From Rebecca billardiae RCC1528 (lineage: Eukaryota > Protista > Haptophyta): a stretch of 64,000 bases of DNA. Below are positions 34,986-47,590 of this stretch, piece after piece (position 1 is the stretch's first letter; every line of letters starts with the position of its first letter). Below the pieces are notes generated by a model that had not been told where the DNA came from, searched no databases, and saw only the letters and a list, made by a program, of their open reading frames with translations. The DNA lies in NCBI GenBank assembly GCA_965240325.2, contig OZ251237.1:1550001-1614000 (forward strand). Reading direction: 5' to 3'. The position numbers and the translations under genes are program-made.

Positions 34986-35119
34986 CGCAACTCATCGTTC
35001 AGCAGACGAAGTGATCAGCAGCAGTACTGACGGTACGGATCGATGATGACTCTGATCGGATCACTAAGTAGTACCGCACATGAGGCCGCGATGACGACGC
35101 CCGAATATAACTTAATATT

Positions 35120-35240
35120 TGTTTCGCAAACCTTGTCAGCGTGACCCCAGGTAGTCATTATTAATAAAATATTATTCTAGGCGAATATATATATTGACAT
35201 CATCCCGAAGTTTGAGAGCCTCATCATCTCAAGACGACAG

Positions 35241-35285
<45 letters not shown>

Positions 35286-35344
35286 TATATATATAAGTCG
35301 GATTTTGGGCCACGCACCCCCCAGTTAGGCGGGGCTCTGACCCC
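35120..35344 (-). mobile_element. Truncated, inverted copy of the GGGGTCAGAGC-ended MITE family, containing a (TA)n expansion
   Basis: Its reverse complement (ggggtcagagcccc...ggggggtgcgtggcccaaaatcc...cttgagatg...aaacttcgggatg...ctggggtcacgctgacaagg tttgcgaaa) matches 47591-47740. Confidence 0.8.
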
Positions 35345-35484
35345 TCTAGTGAGAGTGACTCCGCCAGACCGTCAGCAGCTAGAGTCATACTCTGTGCCGC
35401 CCGCGGTGGCGCCTGGCGGGCCGCCATCGGTCTGCGGACGCGCAGTCTTACTGAGTTACTAGACGGTCCCGGAGTCAATATAAC

Positions 35485-37420
35485 TAGCCTGGTCCATCCC
35501 GATTTTCGCCACTGAAAAAGCCTTTTTCGGATTTTGGGCGCCTCATTTCTCCCGATTTTTCTCGTCGCTCGTCGCGCTCGTCAAAAATCGCCACCGGCCG
35601 TCCGACGGCTCGCCGCGACGAGGTCGGAAGGGGCTCGAGAGCCTCGACTGGACGACTGCGCCGCCTCATGTCAGGTGTAGTGCTGGACACATCGTTCGGG
35701 TGCCCCGGCGGTGTGCGTGCACACCTTAAGCGACATGTCTGCGTTGCTTCCGCCGCCCGCGGTCCGTCGCCAGGTCGACTTCTCGCCCGACGGCGCGCGT
35801 CGAACGCTCAGCTGCTGGGTTGCGCTGCGCCTTCGAGAAGGGGCACCTCCGGGAATATGCGCGGCACGCGACGGCTCGCATGGGGCACCGCCTACCCCTA
35901 GCATGTACTCGATGCCACCACCAGCGTTGGGCGCGCTGCGCATCGCCAACGCTTCATCCGGCCAGTCCCGTCACGTTTGCGCATGGGTCGCCCAAGGCGG
36001 CGGCAGTCGATTTGTGCTTCTCGTGGAGCTGTATGACGGGCTGGGGGCGATCAGGACGGCTCGCCTTGCGGGGCTGGGTATGTACAGTTACATTGTAGTG
36101 GCTGCCGGCTGACTCCCATCCCCTGGGTGCTGCTTTACCGTCGTGGCCTTTGCTGCGAGCACAAGGTCGAGGATCGTACCGCGGTCTGCGAGGCAGAGTC
36201 GACGGAGTCGTCGCTTGAAGATGGTTGAGAGCGCTCGTACGTCTTCCTTGGTGTCGTGCGGCTACTCCAGCACGCAAGGCTCGCGCTTTGGCACGTGTTT
36301 GGTGTCCATGGGTGGCACATTGTGCCATTCGGGTGGCTCGGAAGCACGTGCTCGGGTGTCTTCCCCGTTTACGTGCGGTGGGTCAAGTCACCACGCACGG
36401 CCAGAGCATGTCATGGCACGCGGAGGGTGCCCATGAACGATCCCCACCCCGGTGGTGGCCGTAGGCGCACTCGAAGCGGTCGCATCGTCACCCGCGGATC
36501 ACATCAGTCCGCCGTTGAGGCTGTCGGGCGAGCAAGGACGTGCGATCTGACCCTTGGACGAGCAGCTAGAACCGCGATTATGCCTCGTCTAAGGACGCAC
36601 ATGTCGTCGTTGTAGGCAGTACGGATGCCCCAAGTGAAAGGGCGGGCGTGGCACGCGACTTGACAGCTTGAATGACTCGATGCACGCCGCCATGGACACG
36701 CGATCCGGATCCGTTGCGAACCTGCCGTGTGGCTCACGGCGGCGCGCGTTGTGCCGCACATCGGCCAGTCGCCACGCAGGAGATGGTCTCCAGACCAGGT
36801 CCAGCACCTGACCGACTGTCGCACGCCTGGCCGGGTGGGAGTCCGGCCCTCTTCTTGTCTGCAGGAGTGCGCGGAAGGCCAGGCGGAGCCTCGTCCGACC
36901 ACTGCACCCCGAGCGCCGCACTAATCGTGCAGCCTGGGACAGCTACCCACCTATGGCGAATATGTGACGACATACTGGCATTTAATTACACAGACTCAGA
37001 ACGCATATTTATGCGGGTAAATTTCCCATATTATGCGGGTACAAATGGGTAATATAGTCAATCTTGCAGTAGTTGAGTACGGCCACTTGCGCACAGACCA
37101 GAGCCCATCCTAATGGCCTGTACCAAGGTTCATGTTCGCCTCGACGTACGCCAATAAGTAAGTTCGTGCGTTTGGGCTCATTTCGGCTAAGTACTTACCC
37201 ACATTCAGACTGACGATTCTCTATGTGTCCGTAGTTGTCCGCGGCGCGCGCGCGCACGCTCACGACGGGCCGCGGATGCGATTTTTAGGCCGAAACTTTT
37301 GCTCCGCCCGGGCTGGGCCCATTTGCTACGCTGTTTCCGGGTGTGAGCGCGCGCCTAGGGGCCCGCATTCATTTGGCGATAAAATCCCCGAAAGTGCTCC
37401 AGTGCGTTTGGACCAGGCTA
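35485..37420. mobile_element. Non-autonomous hAT-like DNA transposon (~1.94 kb)
   Basis: 12-bp TIRs TAGCCTGGTCCA (35485-35496) and TGGACCAGGCTA (37409-37420). The direct repeat ATATAAC flanks both ends (35478-35484, 37421-37427). No transposase ORF recognised inside. Confidence 0.75.
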
Positions 37421-37571
37421 ATATAACGCAGACTGCTATACCGATGATGAATAACTTAACGGGCTGTGCGCGGTAGCAGTTCTCGCGCGACGAGCGTCGG
37501 GCCGCGGGCCCTGGCATGCTGCTACGACTGAACTAAGAACGTGTATGCCGCGCTATATATCGATCTAGGGA

Positions 37572-40285
37572 CTAGAGCTGGTCGGCGGCACCTGGGGCCG
37601 GCACGGCGGGTGATGCGGGCGTGACGACGCGCGCCGCGACCGCCTGTGCTGCGCCGCGCGCGCGCTCGAGCGGGCCCCTCAGCGGCGCGACGCCCAGCGC
37701 GACACCGACCGCGGCGAACAGCAGCCCTACGCTCACGAGCGCGTACGCAGCGGGCGAGCGCGCCGCGGCACCGAACGCCGAGCCGGCCGCGCCGTCGTCG
37801 TCGTCGGCGCCGCGCGCTGCGCCGAGTGCCCCGCCGCCGGCCTCTGCCATCAGCTGCTGCGTGCTGCGCCCGTTCCAGCCCGCAGAGCCGCACTTGAGCG
37901 CGGCGTCGGCCACGCCGTTGGCCGTCGTGGGCGCGCCGTAGCACTTCACGTACGCCGCCATCTCCACCGGGTAGGTCGCGCACCTGCGGCACGCGCGCGC
38001 GCGCCGCCGAGTGCGCGCGCGGCACGCGGGCTCGCGGCGTGAGGCGCGCGCCGCCGCGGGCGGAGGGCCGGAGGGCGAGCCGTGCCGTGCGCACCTCGGC
38101 GCGAGGGGCGGCTGGGCGGCTTCCCGCCCGGCGTGCGCGGCGGCGGCGCGGCGCGCCGCGCGCGCACCAGTCGTCCGGCTGTATCGGGATCGCCTTGCAC
38201 TCGGCCACCGAGCCCTCTGTCCCTCTGCACTGCCGGCCGGGCGCGATCGTGTACTGCGCGGGCGCGGGCCTGTTGCGCAGCATGATGGCCCCCTGGTAGC
38301 CGAGCAGCCGACAGGAGACGTCGGCGAGGTCGGAGTCGGACGTGTCCGCGCACACGGTGTGCCACTCGCCGCCCGTGTACTCGAGCAGCGTGCCCGCGGG
38401 CGACGCGCTCAGCTTCACGTCGCCCTCGGCCGGCGCGTTGCACGCCACGTCCGTGGGCGCGTGCACCGCGCGCGGCGCCGCGAGCGCGCCGACCGGGTAC
38501 GAGGGCATGGCGGCGATGCCGCACATGTTCACGCCGCGGCGCAGGCGCACGAAGCCGGACTCGCCCCAGCTCGGGCCCCACGAGTTCTTCACCTGCGGCG
38601 CGCGCGCGCACGCGCGCGCGCGCGGGAGAGCGGGAGGGCGCGGGGGGCCGCGCGCGTCTCAGCGCCCTGCGCGCTCGCATGCGCACGGCGCGCGCGACGA
38701 CCGCGGTGACGGCGGCGGGCGCAGGCGCGCGTGCGGGCGCCGCCAGCCGACGGTGGCCCGCCCGCCACGCCCCCGCGCGGCGCCCACCGCTCCAACCCGG
38801 CCTGGCCGTCGTGGAGCGCGCGGCCCCCCCGAGCACGCTCCACCCGAGCTCCCGAGCAGCCCGGCACCCTACCCGCAGTACCCGCATTACCCGCAGTACC
38901 CGCAGTACCCGCAGTACCCGCATTACCCACCTTCCAGTAGGGCTTGGCGGTCGCCTCGTCGACGCCGTACCCGACGACGAGCACCGCGTGGTCGAGCTTG
39001 TCGCCGCACTTGGGCGTGTCCAGCACGCCGCGCTTGTAGAACATGAACGGGTAGTCCGACGCGTCGATCCCGACCGAGACGGGCTGCTGCGCCACCGCGT
39101 CCAGCAGCGCGCCCTCGTCGTGCGCGCGCACGTCCTTGAAGCCCGAGACGGTCACGGCGGGGGCGCAGTGCGCGAGGCAGCCGTACTGCTTGCCGTTGCC
39201 CGAGACGTACGGGTAGTCGTCGTACCGGCAGAGCCCGCCGTTCACCGCGGTCCAGCCGAACGCGTTGTCCGGCAGCCCGCCTGCGCGCGCGCGCGCCGCG
39301 CCGCGGCGCGCCGCGCGGCGCGCCGATCAGCAGCGCCAGTGGGCGGCGCGCGCGGCGCGCGGCGCGCGGCGCGTGCGCGGCGGTGCGGCGGCGGCCGACG
39401 CACCGCCGCAGTAGTTGTCGCGGTACCGCCCCGCCGCGGGCCCGTAGTCGCACGCCAGCAGCTGCTGCTGCGAGAGCGGCACCAGCTGCCTCGTCTGCAC
39501 GAAGTACAGCCCCTCAATCGCGCCCGTGCTGGAGAAGGACCAGCAGGAGCCGCAGTTCGCCTGGTTGTACACGCGCGAGACGGCGCCCTCGGAGACCCAG
39601 TCGCGCGACGGGGGCACGTTCGCGTTGGCGGAGGAGAGCCCGAGCCGCGAGGCCGCCCCGCCGCCGCCGCCGCCCCGCCGCTTCTCCCCCTCGGCCCCCG
39701 GCTGCTGCTGCTGCTGCTCCCACGAGTGGCCCTTGAAGTCGCCCTGCGCAAAGCGCGCGCGCGCGGGCGGGCGGACGGAGCGCGGGCCGAGCGTGGCTGA
39801 GACGGGCGCACCGCGCGTGTGCGGCACGCACGCGCGCGCGCGCGCGCGGCCCGCCGCCGCGCCCGCCTCCGCGCGCGCACCTGCACGTGCTCGCCGAGCG
39901 GCGAGTGCTGCCGCTTCCTGCGCCGCTCGTGCAGGTCCGGCGTGGACATTTTGGCCTGGAACTGGCTCCACGAGTGCGAGGAGTACTCGTTGTGCCCGAG
40001 CTCGAAGCCCATCTCCGCCGCCGCGTTGTGCGCCTTGATCGTCGCGTCGTTCTCCACCCACTGCGCGAACTCGGCCGCCTCGACCTCGGCCGACTCGAAC
40101 GAGACGCCGTGCTCGGCCTTCCACGAGTCGAACGCGGCGCGGAGCGGGTCGGCGGGCGGCGGGGCGGGGGCGGGGCTGGGCGACGGGGCGGGGCCGCGGT
40201 GCCTGCGCCCGGCGGCCGGGGCGAGCAGCGCCGAGGCGGCGAGCAGCCAGACGCCGCGCATCCGCGCGCGACGGCCCGACGACAT
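37572..40285 (-). CDS. Papain-family (C1A) cysteine protease with I29 prodomain, SRCR-like domain and C-terminal TM helix; exons 40285-39881, 39743-39404, 39280-38931, 38592-38168, 37983-37572
   Basis: Signal peptide; prodomain FDSWKAEHG...HN...LGHNEYS; catalytic motifs NQANCGSCWSFS, LSQQQLLAC, CGG|GLPDNAF, LDHAVLVVGYG, YWK|VKNSWGPSWGESG; then SRCR-like EGDVKL...GEWHTVC...ADVSCRLLGY...CRGTEGSVAEC...VKC; TM AYALVSVGLLFAAVGVALGV. The start could alternatively be the ATG at 40261. Confidence 0.9.
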
Positions 40286-41635
40286 CTTGCGCCCACGGTC
40301 GATACCGCGATCTCTCGGCGGCGCCACCTGCCGCCAGGCAGGTTTTTAGGCGCGGCGCTGGCGGGTTGAGACCCCGCCTTTTCTGGCGAGCTCCGCGCTG
40401 GCGCGGAGCGGCGGGCGCTTTCCAGTAAAAGCGGCCGGCCGTTTCAAGCCCGCCGCACCGGAGCCAGCATGGCGCCTCGGCCCTGCTGCGCCGTCCCCGC
40501 TCCTGCCCTCGCGCTGTCGCCGCCCCCGCGAGCGCCTACGCCTCGGCGCCGTCCGCACTGTAACGCGTTCCGTCCCTGTCTGCGCTGTCACCTGTGCTGA
40601 TGCCACCCATGTTGACAGCCTCACGCCAGCTCACGCCGCATCATGTATGCTCAGTCTCACGGCACCACGGCCCGCTGCGCCGGCTTGAGCACTCCTGTGG
40701 ACACACGCGCGCCGGCGAGCCGAGCGATCACGGCTCCAGTAGGCTCAGTATATAGCCAGCACGTTGTCGCGTCAGGCTGCCATGCGAGGGCCGTGCAAAC
40801 GCGCGATCGTCGTGAGTCCCGTCCGCGCCAGTGAGGCACTTGCTGCAATGATGATGCTCATGATGTTGCACGTCGAACGTCGAGAGCCCAAGCTGCACAG
40901 GCTGCTCCTCGTGTTCACGGCAGAAGCAGATAGGTGGAGCTTTGGCAGCTTCGCCTACTCCCATGCTTCAGAGTCTCAGAGTGCGTCCTGCTGTGTCACG
41001 AGGCCGCGTTCAGCTGACAGTAGCACCCGCAGCACGCGCAGCTGCGAGTGGCACTGCAGTATAGGGGCACTGTCCCGGCGTCACTCTTCAGACTGACCAG
41101 TGTCGACGCATAACCAAGCCGTGCCGTGTGAGCACGGTGAGTATGGCACCCATGCGGCGTAAGCGGCGTAAGTGCCGAGGACGAGGCTTCGCCCGGCCCA
41201 TCCAAGCTGATGGTCTCCGACTGCCGCGCGGAGAGCGCAAGAAAGGCACCGCCGCGCGGCGGCGGCACTCGCAGCTAAGCTACCTGTTCGCTGGCTCTTG
41301 CAGCAGGCCCAACGCAGGGACGCCGGCCGAGATGTCACTTCGTAGGCCGACGTGACGACGCCCGGGACGGTGGCATCGAGCTGAGCAAGTCACAGTAGCT
41401 TCTGTTGCCAGTCACAGTCACAGCGTCCAACTCATCTTCGCGCGCGTGCCGGTAATCAGTATCGTCCTCGTCCGTCGTCGTTTAAGTCCTCGTGGCGAGG
41501 GTGCTTGCCAACGGCGGGTAGCGCGGCTGGGGTTACTATGCCGGCGTGCGGGGGAGGCGCGCCACCACCTGCTGAATGCTGCTCATCGACTTGCCCTCCG
41601 CACGCCGAGATGGGGGCACCTCAACCGACTTGACT

Positions 41636-42225
41636 GGCCAGATGTGCACCGCATGAGTGAGACGACAGATTGCGGCCGAGAACCAAACAAAACCAAGCCG
41701 GTTTCACATGGGCCGTGTCAAGTATGACCCCCACCAGCCCTCCCAGCGCGTCAAAGTGTGTCCAAGTGTGTCATACGGCTGTTGTCGCCCGACCGATGTG
41801 CCCGTCGCAACCGCCAAGCCATCCCGGGTGGCAACGAACGCAATGCTTGCGCGGTGAACGCTGCGCGCATGCTACTCATCTGGCGAATAGGCTGCCATGA
41901 GGGCTCCACCCGGCCCATTCTAGTAGATGGGACTGGTGCACGTTGAACTGCTGAGGACACGCACCAGCTCGCCTGGCGTGCGCGGACGGCGGGGCGCAAC
42001 GGGAGCGGCCAGATGCGCACGGCGTGAGTGCGATGACGGATTGCGGCCGAGACCCAAAGAGACCCAAAAAGGTGCCACATGGGCCGTGTCAAGCATGACC
42101 CCCACCAGCCCCCCCAACGCGTCAAAGTGTGTCCAAGTGTGTCATACGGCTGTTGTTGCCCGACATGTGCCCGTCGCGCCCAAAACCACCCGGGTGTAAA
42201 CAAGCAGCGCGCGTGCGGTGAGCGC
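41636..42225. repeat. Diverged direct repeat, ~220 bp (41636-41860 and 42007-42225)
   Basis: Shared core acatgggccgtgtcaagYatgacccccaccagccc...gcgtcaaagtgtgtccaagtgtgtcatacggctgttgt. Confidence 0.85.
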
Positions 42226-42413
42226 GGCGCGCTCGCGGCGCGCACCAGGCGAGACAGCCGGCCCAGACCCATCCGGACCGCTCCGATTCGCGGCGGCGGC
42301 GCGCGCGCCGTCATTGGCGCCCCCCGCGCCTCCGTGCGAGGGGCTTCGCTCGACGAGGTTCCGCTTCGTGCGCCGCTTCGCCATCGGCACGATGGCGGCC
42401 TCTGAGCCGCCGC

Positions 42414-42458
42414 TACAGTTTACTAAGAATAAGAGACGCACACAGCTCAGGCAGGCGA
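42414..42458 (+). mobile_element. Tc1/mariner-like TIR fragment (TA|CAGTTTACTAAGAATAAGAGACGCACACAGCTCAGGCAGGCGA)
   Basis: Identical to 58611-58655. A degenerate reverse copy lies at 18876-18939. TA followed by CAGT resembles Tc1-type ends (inference). Confidence 0.55.
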
Positions 42459-42764
42459 GACAGTGCCAGCCGCTCCGCGGCGTCGCCAGAAAATCGACGT
42501 CGCGGAGATGAAACGGCTGGGTCTCAATCAGCCAGGGCGCGGCGGCGCAGAAAATGCGCCGACCGAAATTCGCCCGGAATTTCGGTCCTTGCCGGACCCG
42601 TTGCCGGCTTCAGCGTCGGTGGTCCGGGGCTCCGGCGGTTTATCGCCCGGACTGAATGCACCGGCCCCTTGTTCGTCAGCTCGGTCGCTCGCGCAGCAGC
42701 GCGGCGGCCCTCAAGTGCGGCGCCGGCGCCGCCTCCCCGCGACGAGCGGCCCCGCGGCGCCGCG

Positions 42765-45700
42765 ATGGCGACGCCGCGCGTCGTCGCGCCGAACACGACC
42801 ACCTTCGAGCACGGCCTGCTCCCGCCGCTCCCCGGCGCGGGCGTGCCGCCGGCGCGCGTGCGCGCGCTCGCGCGCGCGCTCGGCCGCACGGTCGGCCGCG
42901 CGCGCTGGCGCGCGCTCGCGCGCAGCCACGCGGGGCTGGGCGAGGCGCACGCGGACATCGTGTTCGAGCTGTTCGCCACCCTCGCCGCCGGCTCGCCCCT
43001 CGCGCGCGCCGCGCCGCCGGCCGCGCCGCCGCCGCACGGCCGCGCGCCGCAGCAGCACGAGCCGCGCGCCGGCGCGCCGCGCGCGCCGTCGCGCGAGCTG
43101 CTGCTGCTGCTGCTGATGCAGTCGTACAACCACACGGTGGTGCGCTCGCCGGTGAAGACGCAGGAGGAGGTGGGCGACACGTGGCCGCGCGCCGCCGAGC
43201 TCCGCCACGCCGGCGGCCACGCGCCCTCCGCGCGCTCGCTCGCCGTGCAGGCGCGCAGCGGCCGGCGCGCGACCGAGCTCGCGCGCGAGCGGCTGCTCTG
43301 GCTGGCGCGGCACGCGGACACGCTGGTCGAGGTGCTCGCCGGGTGCAACGCCGACGAGGACGACGCCGACGCCGACGACGCCGACCACGCCGACATGGAC
43401 CTCGACGCGTCGCCCGCGCGCGCGGGCGCGGGCGCGGGCGCGGCCGCGCCGCGCGCGCTCGGCGGCGCGCCGGTGTCGCCCGCGAGGCGCGCGAGCGACG
43501 AGGACAGCGTGGGCGGGCCGCTGCCCGCGGTGCAGCTCACGCCCGCCGACCTCGAGCCGCTCGGCATGCTGCTGCAGCCCGTCCTGCCGCCGGCAGGCGC
43601 CGCGCCACACCCGGCAAGCCCCCTCGGCGCTGGCGGCGGCGCCGCCGACGCCGCCGCCGACGCAGAGGGGGCGGCGGCGGCGGCGGGCGGCGTGCCGCTC
43701 GCCGCGGCGTTCCCCTCGTTCGCCGCCGGCGCCGCCGGCCTCGCGCACACCTGGCCGCGCCCCGCCGCCGGCGGCGGGCCGAGCGTGGGCGCGCAGCAGC
43801 TGCGCACGGAGCTTGGCGCGCTGCTGTCAGACTCGGCAGCGGCGGCGCTGCAGCCGCCGGGCGAGTGGGGCGCGGCGTGGGCCATGCCGGGCGGCTCCGG
43901 GAACACCTCGCCGCTGCCCTCGCCCGTCGCGTCGCCAAAGGCGCGCGCGACCGCGGGCGGCGGCGGCGGCGGTGGCGGCGGCGGCGGCTGGGTCGGCGCG
44001 GCCGGCGGCTCGGCCGGCGGCGTCTGCGGCGGCAGCTGCGCGCCGGTGACGCCCTCGCCGCTCAACCCCGCGGCGAGCGCCGCCTCGAGCGGCGGCAGCG
44101 CGGAGCGCCCCTCCGCCGCCGCCGCCGCGCCCGCGCCCACCATCAGCCTGGCGGTGGTCGTGACGGACGCGGACGCGGCGGAGGGGGAGGGCGGCGCGGA
44201 CGGCGGCGGCGCGGACGGCGGCGGGCCGCGCGGCACGCCGCCGCACGCCAGCCCGCACGCGCACGGCTCGGCGGCGAGCGGCGGCCGCGCGGGCGGCTTC
44301 GGCAGCAGCGGCTTTGGCGGCGGCTCGCTCAGCCCGGGCGCGCTGCGCGTGCCGGCCGACGGTCCGGGCGGGTGCAGCCCCGGACTGCCCGGACTGATGG
44401 GCGTGACGGTGGGGCCGCTCAGCCCCACGCCGGGCGGCGGCGGCGGGGCGGGCCACGGCGGCGGGCTGGGCGGCGCCTCTCCCTCCTCGCCCGCGTCCAG
44501 GCCCGGGTGCGCACGCGCGCCGCGCGCCGCGCGCCGCGCGCCGCCCCGCCCTGAGCGCTGCCGCCCGCCCCGGTGCCGCCGCCGCCCCTCCTTCCCTCCC
44601 TGTCCGCACGCAGCCTGGTGGGCACGGCCGAGGCGCACGCGGGCGGTGGCGTGCGTGTGCTCTACATCTGGGGCGCGCACCGCCGCACGCAGGTCGTCGA
44701 CGCCGCGGCGATCCGCGCGGCGGCCGCGCGCGCGCGCTCGCTCGGCGCGGCCGCCGCCTCCGCCTCCGCCCAGCAGCAGCGGCGGCCGCAGCAGCCGCAG
44801 CCGCAGCAGCAGCAGCCCGAGGGCGCGGAGGGCGCGGAGGGCGCGGAGGGCGCGGAGGGCGCGGAGGGCGCGGAGGGCGCGCCCCTGGAGGCAGACGTTC
44901 AGATCGTCGACTGCCACGCGTCCATCGTGTACCTCCTCGCGCCCGTGCGCTGCGTGCTCGTCCTCGGCTGCACCGCGTGCACGCTGGTCGTGGGCGCGGT
45001 CTCGCGCGTCCTCACCGTCGAGCACTCGGAGCGACTGCGCGTGCACGCGCCGTGCGGCGCCGTGCGCGTGGCCAACTGCAACGAGGTGCGCGCGTGGCGC
45101 GCGGGGCGGGGTTGGGGCGGGGCGCGGGCTAGGGTTAGGGTTAGGGTTAGGGTTGGTGCGCCGCCGCGCGCCGGCCTGGGCGCGCGTCGGCGGGGCGTGC
45201 GAGCGCGCTGCCCTTGCCATGCGTGCGCACGCGCGCACACACACGCGCGCGCACACACGGCGCACATGCGCGTGCACACGCACGCACGCGCTGCGCTGCG
45301 CTCACGAGAGCCATGTGCGCGCATCGCATCGCGGCGCGGCGCGGCGCGGCGCGGCGCGGCGCGGCGCGGTGGCTTCCAGTGCACGCTGCACCTGTGCGTC
45401 AACTCGCGGCCGCTGCTCAGCGGCGAGAACCACCGGCTCGTCCTCGCGCCGTACGGTGCGCGCGCGTGCGCGCGCGCGTGCGTGTGTGCGTGCGTGCGCG
45501 CGTGCGTGTATGTGTGCGTGTGCGTGCGTGCGTGCGTGTGCGTGCGTGCGTGTGTGCGTGCGTGTATGTGTGTGTTTGCGTGTGTGTGCGTGTGCGTGTG
45601 TGCGTGCGTGCGAGCGCTCACGTGCGCACGCGGCCGCCCCCGCGCCTCGGCTGCCCTGCTGCGCGCGCTGTACCGCCGAGCGCAGCCGCGCAGTACTCGC

Positions 45701-46608
45701 GCGCGGCGCTCGACATCGCGGCCGCGCGGCTCAGCCCGGCCCTCGAGGCGAACCGGTGGAATGAGCCCGTGAGGTGCGCGCAGCACGCGCTTGGCCGTGC
45801 GCGCCGCGCGCCGCCCGCCCGCGCGCCGCGGCTGACGCGCCGCCGCGCCCGCGCCGCCGCCCGCGCCGCCGCAGCTTCAGCGCGCCGGGCTCGACGCCGG
45901 GCGCGGGCGTGGTCACCCTGCTGCCGCCCGCCAAGTGCTTGCCCTTCTCCGTCCCCTTCGAGTTTGACGAGGCCGGGCCCGAGGGTGCGGGCGCGGCGCA
46001 TGCGCATTCGGGCCGTGCGGGCTTGGGAGGCGGCCAGGGCGCGGAGCAGCAGCAGCAGCAGCCGGCGGGCGCGCACCCGTGCGCACTGCCGCCCGAGTAC
46101 GCGCAGGTGAGTGCACGCCGCGCGCCGCGCGCGCCGAGCGTGCTGGGCGCGGCGCCGCGGGCCCCGCCGCCGCCGCCGGCTGCCGGCCGGCGCCGGCGGG
46201 GCGCGCACGCACGCGCGCTCAACGCGCCCCCTCCGCCGCGCGCGCGCGTGCGCGCAGGCCATCGCCGACGCGCGGCAGCGCCTCGTCTCCTTCCAGCACG
46301 AGCTCGCGCGCGTCTCCTCCTCCGCGTCCGTGCGCGAGGACGTGCAGAGCGCCGTGCACCGCCGCTTCAAGGAGTGGCTGCTGCGCTCGGGCAACATGCG
46401 ACAGGTGCAGGACCTGATGGCGCTCGATGCCGGGCTGGGCGGAGGCGGCGGCGCGGCGGCCGGCGCGGCCATCGGCGCGGCGGGCGGCGCGGGCGGCGCG
46501 CCCGCCGGCGGCGTGGGCAGCCTCGGCGCGTACCTGCTCGCCGCGCACGGCGCCGCCGCCGCCAACCCGCCCGACAGCCCGGGCAGCGGCTCAACGTCGC
46601 CGCGCTGA
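42765..46608 (+). CDS. TBCCD1: TBCC domain-containing protein 1 (ASQ2-like); introns ~44507-44613, 45086-45379, 45456-45684, 45774-45874, 46107-46257
   Basis: N-terminal FEHGLLP; TBCC beta-helix [50 protein letters not shown]...[25 protein letters not shown]; NRWNEP; LLPP..F.VPF; LPPEY; C-terminal [17 protein letters not shown]. Confidence 0.88.
45129..45154 (+). repeat. Interstitial telomere-like tract CTAGGG(TTAGGG)3 in a TBCCD1 intron
   Basis: ctagggttagggttagggttagggtt is directly visible. Confidence 0.8.
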
Positions 46609-47119
46609 TGGCGGCGGCGGTGGCGGCGGTGGTGACGGCGGTGGTGTGTGTGCGCGGCGTGTGCCGTGCGCGGCGTGCGGAGGCGGCCGCGCCGCGCGGC
46701 GCACGTCGGGGAGCGCCCACGGCGCCCGGCTCGTGGCCGCCGGCGCGCGCCGCTGGCAGACGCCGACAGCCGGACAGGCCGAGGCCGAGCTGTCGGCGAC
46801 GTCGGCGGCCATCGCGGCGGCGGCCATGCGCATGGCGTCGCTGGACGGCCGCTGCCCGGGCCGAGCAAGTGCTGGATTGCTGCGGCACTGCTGGCGAGTG
46901 CTGCGTGTACGTCAGACCATCAGGTCATCATGCACCGCACAGCGTCAGCTGCGCGCGTGATCAGACTGCTTCGATGACGACGGCTCAATTAAACTGATAA
47001 CTATCAGCATCGTCAGTGCTATCAGATATATAAGTGCTGTCGCGCGCTGACAATAGTGATAGTCGGCGGACGCGATATATATATATATAATAATGACGAT
47101 TAGAGTCGGCCGTAGCTAG

Positions 47120-47580
47120 GCCGGTCAGAGTAGCCCCACTGTATGGGGTGTGTGGCCCAAAATCCAACTTTCTGTCGTCTGCTTGAGATGACTATACTAT
47201 ACGCGCTCTCAAACTGAAACTTCGGGATGTCAATATTCGCCTGAAATGACCTGGGGTCACGCTGATAAGTTTTGCGAAAAATGTCACATATACTGGACTG
47301 ATATATACGACCTCAATCTCGACGCGATCTCGGCAACATTAGTAGGGGCCCCAGATACACGATCTCCAAGGTGATCTCGCTATTTGCACCAGAATCGCAC
47401 CGGCTAGATCACATTTTGGCAGTCTGGAATTGGCACAGGCGGATTCTACACCCTGGAATTAAGCCTGCTATAAACGAACTTAAACGGACTCAAACAGTTA
47501 TGAATAGAGGAGATATTTCATATTTCGAGATTTCGGGAGATTGTGTCACTCGGGAGTGTACCGGTCGGAGCTCTGACCCC
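47120..47580 (+). mobile_element. MITE copy A (5' TIR degraded; 3' TIR GGAGCTCTGACCCC)
   Basis: Collinear with copy B (47591-48028) along its length. Confidence 0.8.
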
Positions 47581-47590
47581 ACTGAGAGTC

